Shown here: one piece after another, positions 40,540-47,319 of the stretch
Position numbering within the stretch: position 1 is the stretch's first letter
Layout: the number at the start of each line of letters is the position of its first letter
NCBI GenBank assembly: GCA_046261875.1
Contig: JBHENW010000050.1
Coordinates: 2,875-66,874 of the forward strand
From: Thermoanaerobaculia bacterium
GTDB lineage: Bacteria; Acidobacteriota; Thermoanaerobaculia; UBA5066; Gp7-AA6
DNA: 64,000 bases
Direction: 5' to 3'
Made by a program: the position numbers and the translations under genes
Notes under the pieces: generated by a model
The model's database searches: none
Seen by the model: the letters and a program-made list of their open reading frames with translations, nothing else
Told to the model about the DNA's origin: nothing

Positions 40540-42379
40540 AGGTGTTCACCTCGCACGTGATGTGCTGGTCGCCGGCGTAGATGTGGGTCGTGCACGGCAT
40601 GCACGGGTCGAAGCTGCGGATGGCGCGGAGGATGTCGATTCCCCGGAACTTCTCCGGGCTGGCGAACTCCTCGAGGATCGGAGTCGCCAGGACGGCCTCT
40701 TCGTAGGGGCCCGGGTTGCCCCACGGGTCTTTCGGGCAGGCGTTCAACGTGGACGGCGTGATGATCTGGTAGTTGACGATCGCCCCCTTGTCGAGCTCCA
40801 GGTGGTGCGAGAGCCAGCCGCGTCCCGCGCCCCAGAAACCGACCCCCATCCGATGGTCCTTCGGAACCTCGAACGGAGTCGACGTGCGGTAGTCGCCCGT
40901 TTTCAGGATATCCATCCCGATCAGCCAGTTGTCGTAGGCGACCACGCACTGGTACGCGATCGAGTACGCCCGCGCGCGATTGCGCTCGAACGCGTTGAAA
41001 ACCGGAGGGATCTTCCACTCGACCTCGACCGCCGGATCGATGTACTTCGGGATCAGGATCTTCATGCCGTCCGGCGTCAGATCGAGGAACCGCCGATGGG
41101 GGAGCTTGCCTGCGAGCACGGTGATCCACGGTCGGGCGTAGGTCCCGGCTTCCACAGCCACCCGGTCCCATCGAGGCGCGGTGGCCCAGCTGTACTTCTC
41201 GCGCCAGTTGGTTCCGCCCGGTTTCGGTTTCGTTTCCTTGTTCCAGGGGTGGTGGGGCGACAGGGGAGCTCCGAGCGGGTCCGTCTTGTGGGGGTGGCCG
41301 GTCCACTGCTCGTAGTAGGAGTGCTCGATGAACTCCTCCATGCCGAGATTTATCTGCTGGAGCTTCGTCGTAACGAGCTTTCCATCGAGGATCACGCCGG
41401 GCGTCGCCCATCTCCGCTCCCCCCAGGCGTTGCAGTTCGCATAGGTGGCGTCGTAGGCGGTCGGGTCGTCCCAGATTCCGAGATCGGCCATGTTGACGGG
41501 CCGCGTGCCGCACTCTTTGTACTTTGCGTTCGCGTCGTAGAAGAAGTCCGCGATGTCGTTCCAGATCGCGATGGCCCGCTTGGCGAAGTCGAAGGTCTTC
41601 ATCAGTCGATTGAGGTACACGTTGAAGCTCTGGATCGTCACGGTGTGGCTGATGCCGCCGGGGACGATCGTCTCGGGGTGCGGATACTTGCTCATCAGGG
41701 TCACGTAACCCTCGCGCGCCATGCGGGAAAGCTCCAGACCCTCGAGATACAGCTTGCCCACGAGGGGGTTCATGTCGTGGAAGAGATCGCTCATCTTCGA
41801 GTACCCGTGGATGCTTCCCCAGCGCGTCTCCGTGCGCGTCGCCCGGTCCCAGAGCGTCGGCTCCGTCTTCTTGATCATGGCCTCGGAGTAGTCCGGGCCG
41901 GCCAGCATGAAGAGATGCATGCTGTTGTCCCACACGAACTCCATCGAAAGCGCGAGGTTGCGGATGACGACGGCCAGGGGCGGGGGGCAGATCCCGAACG
42001 CCATCTCGATCGCGAGAGCGGAGCAGGTCGAGTGGACGCCGCCGCACACCCCGCAGGCGCGGCTGCTGATGAAGATCGCGTCGCGCGGATCGCGCCCCTT
42101 CAGAATCACTTCGTATCCGCGAAAGAGCGTCGCGATCGAGCTCGCTTCGAGGACCATGCGGTTCTCGAGGTCCACGACGCTGTGGAAGCCGAGCGCTCCG
42201 GCCACGCGCGTGAGCGGGTCGTAGTCCATCGCCTTGACGTAGCCGTTCTTCGCGAGGAGCTTCTTGATCCCGTCGCGATCGATCGCCTTCGTTTCGTACG
42301 CGAACGGGTCGGCGGCCCCGCCTCGAAGGGTTGCGCCGCCCTGTGCGTCGAACTCGATTGGAAGGTTACGGAAGCACAT
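40517..42379 (-). CDS. hhyL: [NiFe]-hydrogenase large subunit, group-1h-like (high-affinity / actinobacterial type)
   Basis: 620 aa. L1 motif SSRACGVCGGVHS and L2 motif SFDPCMPCTTH (Cys, not Sec), followed by a roughly 20-aa C-terminal tail. Confidence 0.9.
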   Translation of the reverse strand: MCFRNLPIEFDAQGGATLRGGAADPFAYETKAIDRDGIKKLLAKNGYVKAMDYDPLTRVAGALGFHSVVDLENRMVLEASSIATLFRGYEVILKGRDPRDAIFISSRACGVCGGVHSTCSALAIEMAFGICPPPLAVVIRNLALSMEFVWDNSMHLFMLAGPDYSEAMIKKTEPTLWDRATRTETRWGSIHGYSKMSDLFHDMNPLVGKLYLEGLELSRMAREGYVTLMSKYPHPETIVPGGISHTVTIQSFNVYLNRLMKTFDFAKRAIAIWNDIADFFYDANAKYKECGTRPVNMADLGIWDDPTAYDATYANCNAWGERRWATPGVILDGKLVTTKLQQINLGMEEFIEHSYYEQWTGHPHKTDPLGAPLSPHHPWNKETKPKPGGTNWREKYSWATAPRWDRVAVEAGTYARPWITVLAGKLPHRRFLDLTPDGMKILIPKYIDPAVEVEWKIPPVFNAFERNRARAYSIAYQCVVAYDNWLIGMDILKTGDYRTSTPFEVPKDHRMGVGFWGAGRGWLSHHLELDKGAIVNYQIITPSTLNACPKDPWGNPGPYEEAVLATPILEEFASPEKFRGIDILRAIRSFDPCMPCTTHIYAGDQHITCEVNTCACGTDD

Positions 42380-42430
42380 GATTGTCAGCTTTCCGCTGTC
42401 ACCTCTCGTGTGTCAGCGTGTCGCGTTGCC

Positions 42431-43828
42431 TCAGGCGGGAGGACCGCCCTCCGTCCCGGCCGTCACGGTCTCCACGGCATGTTCGCGCGTTTCGGGGTCC
42501 CGGGAGCGCAAGTCGCGTTCGAGCTTCGCGCGCCGCCGTGCGTAGCCCCACCTCATCTCGCCCTCTTCCGGATCCTTCTTCCGTGCGTCATAAGCGATCT
42601 TGCCCTCGACCTCGTAGCCGTCCCGGAACCTCGTCTGCGGCTCCGCGCGGCCCGGCTTGACCGCCTGGCGGAACTGCAGCTTCCGGTAGAAGAAGTCGGC
42701 GAGCCGACCGAAGAGGGGGTCGCCGTGCTTTTCGAGAGCCCAGCCGCTCGGTGTCTCCTGGAGATGGTCCCAGAGGGGCTCGCGATTCTGATGATCCTGA
42801 GAGAGACGCCGCAGGGCGCGGATCACGCGTCCGACGTTTCTCGACGTGTGCGTGGACACCGTCGCTCCCGGCGGCTCCTTGTAGAAGGGCGTGAACTTGT
42901 CGGGGAACCCCGGCATCGTGCATCCGATGCAGATGCCTCCCTGGTTCATGCAGCCGCCGTGGTGCCGGATCGCTCCGCGCTCGACGATGTTGCACTGCAC
43001 GACCGGACCCCAGCATCCGAGCGGTACCAGACACTCCGGGTCCCCGTACTTCTTGGCGAACACTCCGCCCTCGTAGTAGCCGCCCCGGATGCACCGCTCG
43101 TGGACGGTGTGATGGAACTGCCAGGCGGGCCTTCCGAGCTCGTCGAACTCCGGGAGAGGGCCGGTTCCCTGGAGAAAATGCAGGACCATTGCGACCACTT
43201 CGGTGAAGTTGTCGCCGACGGGAGCGCATCCCGGGATGTTGATGACGGGCAACCCGAAGGCGCTGCGATAGTTCTTCCCGAGATAATCCATGAGACCCAT
43301 CGAGCCGGTCGGATTTCCCACGGCGGCGGGAATGCCCCCCCAGGTCGCGCAGGTGCCGATCGCGATGGACGCCGCGGCACCCGGCGCCATCCGATCGATC
43401 CACTCCATGACGGAGATGACCGCGCCTCCGTCCTCCTCCGGCTTCGCGGGGTGGGCGCCGAGGCCCACCCAGTAGCCCGGCCCGTCAATCAGCGAGTCAT
43501 CGACTGCGGACCCCTCCAGAATGATCACGTACGGCGCGTCGAGCTTTCCCTGGGCGGCGAGCTCGAAGTTGTGGACGAATTCTTCGCCCGCCTCGGCGTT
43601 CAGGACCGGATGGTAAAGGATGACTCGGGGGAGCCCGGGCACTGTCCCGAGGAGAAGGTCTTCGAGCGACGGATCGGAGGACCCCGAGACGGAGATCGTG
43701 CACCCGTCGCAGCTCATGCCGGCGAGCCAGAAAGCGTAGACCTTCTCGATCGGCCGCGTCAGCGACGGGGGCAAGGGCTCGAGCTCGACGGAGAGACCTC
43801 CGGGTTGGATTCCCGCAGGCTCCGGCAT
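42431..43828 (-). CDS. hhyS: [NiFe]-hydrogenase small subunit without Tat signal, with about 150-aa C-terminal extension
   Basis: ATG at 43828 (MPEPAGIQPGG...). FeS ligand motifs CDGCTISVSG, GTCATWGG, GCAPVG, HERCIRGGYYE, CWGPVVQCN and CIGCTMPGFPD. No RRxFxK. Confidence 0.85.
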   Translation of the reverse strand: MPEPAGIQPGGLSVELEPLPPSLTRPIEKVYAFWLAGMSCDGCTISVSGSSDPSLEDLLLGTVPGLPRVILYHPVLNAEAGEEFVHNFELAAQGKLDAPYVIILEGSAVDDSLIDGPGYWVGLGAHPAKPEEDGGAVISVMEWIDRMAPGAAASIAIGTCATWGGIPAAVGNPTGSMGLMDYLGKNYRSAFGLPVINIPGCAPVGDNFTEVVAMVLHFLQGTGPLPEFDELGRPAWQFHHTVHERCIRGGYYEGGVFAKKYGDPECLVPLGCWGPVVQCNIVERGAIRHHGGCMNQGGICIGCTMPGFPDKFTPFYKEPPGATVSTHTSRNVGRVIRALRRLSQDHQNREPLWDHLQETPSGWALEKHGDPLFGRLADFFYRKLQFRQAVKPGRAEPQTRFRDGYEVEGKIAYDARKKDPEEGEMRWGYARRRAKLERDLRSRDPETREHAVETVTAGTEGGPPA

Positions 43829-43842
43829 GGTCGTCCCTTCTT

Positions 43843-44136
43843 TCACGAGATGAGCCCGAGAGCGCGCGCCGCGCCGGGCAGGTTTTCGGCTGTCGATGTC
43901 AGGTGCTGCTGAACCGCCGTCAAGCCCCCTCCGATCGCTGTCAGCCCTCCCGCCACACCCGAGATCCCCGCGGGAAGGGGAGACGTCTCCACTTCGATGG
44001 CCCGCACGCCCCAGGCGATCTTCTCGAGGCTCCGGCGGATTCCGGAAAGAGCCTTGTAGATCATGGCGAGAGCCCAGGCGAGGGCCCCCAGAAGAACCAG
44101 AAACAGCAGCGCGGTCAGGATCGTCCAGAGGACCAT
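43843..44136 (-). CDS. Small single-pass membrane protein, paralog 4 of 4 (N-terminal TM helix plus Ala/Gly-rich helical domain; YtxH/DUF948-like architecture)
   Basis: MVLWTILTALLFLVLLGALAWALAMIYKALSGIRRSLEKIAWGVRAIEVETSPLPAGISGVAGGLTAIGGGLTAVQQHL... Its stop lies 14 nt upstream of the hhyS ATG. Confidence 0.55.
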   Translation of the reverse strand: MVLWTILTALLFLVLLGALAWALAMIYKALSGIRRSLEKIAWGVRAIEVETSPLPAGISGVAGGLTAIGGGLTAVQQHLTSTAENLPGAARALGLIS

Positions 44137-44432
44137 CACGCTTCCCGCGGGGGCGCCACGGCGTCGAGCGTGACGGCAATCTTTTGCGATACGGAGTCGA
44201 TGCCGCCCGCCACCGAGAGCAGCGTCGGCGCGAGCTTCAAGACCGCGCCCAGGTCCGCGATGGCGGCCGTGTTCCGGCCAATTCCCTGCGCCGCGGGAAC
44301 CGCTGTCCGCGCGAGCTCGCTGATCTGCTTGCAGCAATGGATCACCTTGAAGAGGTACCAGGCGGCCACCGCCGTCAGGAGGAGGGCCAGCCCGAGCGAG
44401 ATCCACCAGATCCAGAGAACCATCGCGCTCAT
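44136..44432 (-). CDS. Small single-pass membrane protein, paralog 3 of 4
   Basis: MSAMVLWIWWISLGLALLLTAVAAWYLFKVIHCCKQISELARTAVPAAQGIGRNTAAIADLGAVLKLA... Overlaps its neighbours by 1-4 nt. Confidence 0.55.
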   Translation of the reverse strand: MSAMVLWIWWISLGLALLLTAVAAWYLFKVIHCCKQISELARTAVPAAQGIGRNTAAIADLGAVLKLAPTLLSVAGGIDSVSQKIAVTLDAVAPPREA

Positions 44433-44725
44433 GCGGCGCTCGAGCGAAAACGCTTCGCGATACGTCCGAGGCTGCCGTCGGCGAGAACGAGCCAGTTCAG
44501 GACCGAACCGAGTCCCGCTCCGAGCTGCGCGAGCGCGCCGTTGACCTGCTCCAGGGCTCCGCCCAGGGGCCGGGTATCCGCTTCGACCTTCGCGAGGGCA
44601 TCGCGAATCTCGCGGATCGCCTTCGCCGTCGCCCAGAGGTACCGGGCGATCAGAATCAGTCCCACGGCGAGGACCGCCACGAGGATCCCCAGATAGGCGA
44701 GGGTTGCGACGAGAACGGGAGGCAC
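44429..44725 (-). CDS. Small single-pass membrane protein, paralog 2 of 4
   Basis: MPPVLVATLAYLGILVAVLAVGLILIARYLWATAKAIREIRDALAKVEADTRPLGGALEQVNGALAQLGAGLGSV... Confidence 0.55.
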   Translation of the reverse strand: MPPVLVATLAYLGILVAVLAVGLILIARYLWATAKAIREIRDALAKVEADTRPLGGALEQVNGALAQLGAGLGSVLNWLVLADGSLGRIAKRFRSSAA

Positions 44726-44726
44726 G

Positions 44727-45005
44727 TCAGCGGCCCCCGCGGGCCAGATCCGAGAGCTTCGCGTCGATCGCTCCCGCGCCCGCGGCGATTCCCTTCGCCG
44801 TCGCGAGGATGTCTCCGGCGACGGCGTTGGTCTTCTGCAGCATCCAGATCGAGACCGTGTTGGCCGCGATCTGCTTGCCGGCGATCCAGATCTCGTTGGC
44901 GCGCTTGTCGATGGACCGGGCCGCCGCGATGATGATCAGGAGCAGCGCCGCCACGATCAGCACGACGACCAACCCGATCGCCCAGGAGATCTGCCAGAGG
45001 GTCAT
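44727..45005 (-). CDS. Small single-pass membrane protein, paralog 1 of 4 (first gene of the hydrogenase operon)
   Basis: MTLWQISWAIGLVVVLIVAALLLIIIAAARSIDKRANEIWIAGKQIAANTVSIWMLQKTNAVAGDILATAKGIAAGAGAIDAKL... GAAGGGAGGGG RBS upstream. Confidence 0.55.
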   Translation of the reverse strand: MTLWQISWAIGLVVVLIVAALLLIIIAAARSIDKRANEIWIAGKQIAANTVSIWMLQKTNAVAGDILATAKGIAAGAGAIDAKLSDLARGGR

Positions 45006-45072
45006 GTCCGTCACGCGCCCCTCCCTTCGCCGATTCGCATTCTCCGGCGCGAGAAAGCGTCCGTCAAGGCAG

Positions 45073-45088
45073 CTTCGGAATTTCGAAG
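45073..45088. promoter_or_regulatory. Imperfect 16-bp palindrome CTTCGGAATTTCGAAG in the divergent psiE-like / hydrogenase-operon intergenic region
   Basis: Seen directly. A near-identical motif GTTCGATTTTTCGAAG at 47279-47294 lies upstream of the TonB receptor gene. Confidence 0.3.
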
Positions 45089-45153
45089 CGACGGGAGGCG
45101 GTGGATCTGACGCCGAGAGGTAGGATCCCGGCAAACGGACCGGACGAGGTTCC

Positions 45154-45678
45154 ATGAGAAAAGACGACGCCGAGACCGAGGGCCTGACCAGGTCGCAAGC
45201 GCCCGGATCCGAAGCCCGCGCGCGTGAATGGCTGTCGCGCCAGTTCACACGCGTCGAAGACGTTGTTTACGCGGGCCTCGGGATACTCCTCGCGGCTGTG
45301 GCGCTCGTGCTCCTGGTCGCGAGCGCGATCGCTTTCGCCCAGAGCTTCGGTGAGGGAGCGCTGCCTCGAAACGTCGTCGGGCTCCTCGATCGGATGCTGT
45401 TGATTCTGATGGTCGTCGAGATCCTCTACACGGTTCAGGTCTCGTTCCGAAGCCACGTGCTCACCCCCGAGCCCTTCCTCATCGTCGGCCTGATCGCCGC
45501 GACGCGGCGCATCCTCGTTCTGACCGCGGAGTTCCCTGACATCCTGGAAAAGGGAGAAACGCCCTTTCGGCACGCCATGGTGGAGCTCGGCCTGCTCACC
45601 CTGCTCATCGTTGCCCTCGTGGGGTCGCTCCGGTTGCTGCGGCAGCGCCCGTCCGAGGCCGCTGCCACGAACACGTAA
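45154..45678 (+). CDS. PsiE-family (phosphate-starvation-inducible) membrane protein-like
   Basis: 174 aa, four predicted TM segments. MVVEILYTVQVSF and LIVGLIAATRRILV resemble E. coli PsiE segments. Confidence 0.5.
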   Translation: MRKDDAETEGLTRSQAPGSEARAREWLSRQFTRVEDVVYAGLGILLAAVALVLLVASAIAFAQSFGEGALPRNVVGLLDRMLLILMVVEILYTVQVSFRSHVLTPEPFLIVGLIAATRRILVLTAEFPDILEKGETPFRHAMVELGLLTLLIVALVGSLRLLRQRPSEAAATNT

Positions 45679-45692
45679 CGCAAGACGCTTCC

Positions 45693-46466
45693 GTGAATCT
45701 GCCGCCACACATCTTGGGCCGGATCACGGCACGCCGGGACATCGCTTCACGATACTGGACCATTCGGATTGGCTGCGATCCCCGGCCGGTTTTCCGCCCG
45801 GGGCAGTTCGCGACGCTCGCCGTACGCGACCGGGACAAGATGGTCGAACGGCCGTACTCGATCGTTTCCTCGCCGCGGGAGGCCGAGCTGGAGTTCTTCC
45901 TCCAGCTCGTGCCGGAAGGAGCACTCACCCGGAGACTTCACGCTCTCCATCCGGGTGACCCGATCCACCTCCGGAAGGTCACGAAGGGGACCTTCCGCTT
46001 CGACGACACGAGCGGGCGGCGGAAGCACCTCATGGTCGCGACGTCCACCGGGGTCGCCCCGTTCGTGAGCATGCTTCGGACCTTCCGGCGGGAGCCCCTG
46101 GCCGATCATCAGGTCTTTCTTCTGCACGGAGCGAGCGATCCCTCACAGCTGGGCTACGACGAAGAGCTCGGGGGTCTCGCGCGGGAGGTCGAGTGGTTTC
46201 ACTACGTGCCGGTGATCAGCCGCCCAAGAGAGCACCCGGGATGGGCCGGCGAACGCGGCCGCCTGCCCGGCCTCCTTTCCGCTTACGCCGCTCGCTTTGG
46301 CTGTGAGCCGGGCGACACGACTGCCTACCTCTGCGGTAACCCGCACATGATCAAAGCCGCGAAGAACGCGGTGTCGGCGTTGGGCTTGCCGCCGGACGCG
46401 GTCAAGGAAGAGCGCTTCTGGGTGGAGGAAAAGGTGACGACCGGGGCGCCGGGTCAGACCGCGTAA
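45693..46466 (+). CDS. Ferredoxin-NADP+ reductase-like FAD/NAD(P)-binding oxidoreductase
   Basis: 257 aa. RPYSIVSSP (RxYS FAD motif) and the MVATSTGVAPF NAD(P) motif. Confidence 0.75.
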   Translation: MNLPPHILGRITARRDIASRYWTIRIGCDPRPVFRPGQFATLAVRDRDKMVERPYSIVSSPREAELEFFLQLVPEGALTRRLHALHPGDPIHLRKVTKGTFRFDDTSGRRKHLMVATSTGVAPFVSMLRTFRREPLADHQVFLLHGASDPSQLGYDEELGGLAREVEWFHYVPVISRPREHPGWAGERGRLPGLLSAYAARFGCEPGDTTAYLCGNPHMIKAAKNAVSALGLPPDAVKEERFWVEEKVTTGAPGQTA

Positions 46467-46873
46467 GGCTCCTTGAGGTATCGCTTCGGCGCCTTGAGAA
46501 ACGCGCTGCGCGTCTTCTCCGACTCGAAGAAGAAGCGCCGCGGCCACTCCTCGACCTTTCCGTCACTCTTGCGGACCTTCACCCGCCGGTCCACTGTAAA
46601 TGCCGTGCGGATCTTGTGGACACGAGCCCCGCTGACCGGGTCCGAGGCCCACACGTACTTCTCCGGGTTGGCTCGAATCATGTCGAGCTCGGCGGGACTG
46701 CAGAGCCAGATCTTCTTCCCTTCGTAGGTCGAAGGTCTTCCGTCGTTGCTGTCGAAGGTGTAATCGCCGCAGGCCACGCAGATGACCTGTTCGGAATGGG
46801 CTGCGGGCTGTCCCGCCGGTGCGATGCCGCCCAACGCCGCCGCCAGCGCCAAAGCGGCGGCGGCACCCTTCAC
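46454..46873 (-). CDS. Hypothetical secreted protein
   Basis: 139 aa. Signal peptide MKGAAAALALAAALGGIAPAG. CVACGDY...WLCSP Cys pairs. Confidence 0.45.
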   Translation of the reverse strand: MKGAAAALALAAALGGIAPAGQPAAHSEQVICVACGDYTFDSNDGRPSTYEGKKIWLCSPAELDMIRANPEKYVWASDPVSGARVHKIRTAFTVDRRVKVRKSDGKVEEWPRRFFFESEKTRSAFLKAPKRYLKEPYAV

Positions 46874-47193
46874 GGCGTGTCGGAGACCGTCGGAGGTTTG
46901 ACTTGCGCTTCCTCGGCGGGCGTGGGCCGGCGGCGGCGGGTGGCGAGCCTGGCCGCGAGCAGCACCGCCAGGCCGAGGCTCCCCTCGATCGCGATCGCCG
47001 GGTAGATTTGAGAGCCGAAGAGGGGGAGCAGGGTTGGCGCGTTGCGGACGGCGACGTATTTCGCCGGCGAGCAGGTCTGTCCCTTACAGAGCCAGGACTC
47101 GCAGGATTTTGCCTTCGGCGCCGCCGCGAGTGCGACGGACAATCCGCCGGCCGCAAGGAGTGCCGTGAACGCCGCGAGCTTCTTGACCTTCAT
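46870..47193 (-). CDS. Hypothetical small secreted/membrane-anchored Cys-containing protein
   Basis: 107 aa. Signal peptide MKVKKLAAFTALLAAGGLSVALAAAP, CESWLCKGQTC, C-terminal hydrophobic segment. Confidence 0.4.
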   Translation of the reverse strand: MKVKKLAAFTALLAAGGLSVALAAAPKAKSCESWLCKGQTCSPAKYVAVRNAPTLLPLFGSQIYPAIAIEGSLGLAVLLAARLATRRRRPTPAEEAQVKPPTVSDTP

Positions 47194-47319
47194 GCCGCCC
47201 TCCTCGCCCCGACAGGCTCGAGTCTAGCAGTCCTCGGGCCCCAAAGGAATCTTGACTTTAGGCCTCCCGAGGCAAACAGTTCGATTTTTCGAAGTCGAGT
47301 TGGGGGAGGAGTTTTAGCC

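Noticed and set aside
40517-42379. Possibility of a [NiFeSe] hydrogenase, prompted by the CooC TGA
   Set aside because: The large-subunit C-terminal motif is DPCMPC with ordinary Cys codons. There is no in-frame TGA in hhyL or hhyS.
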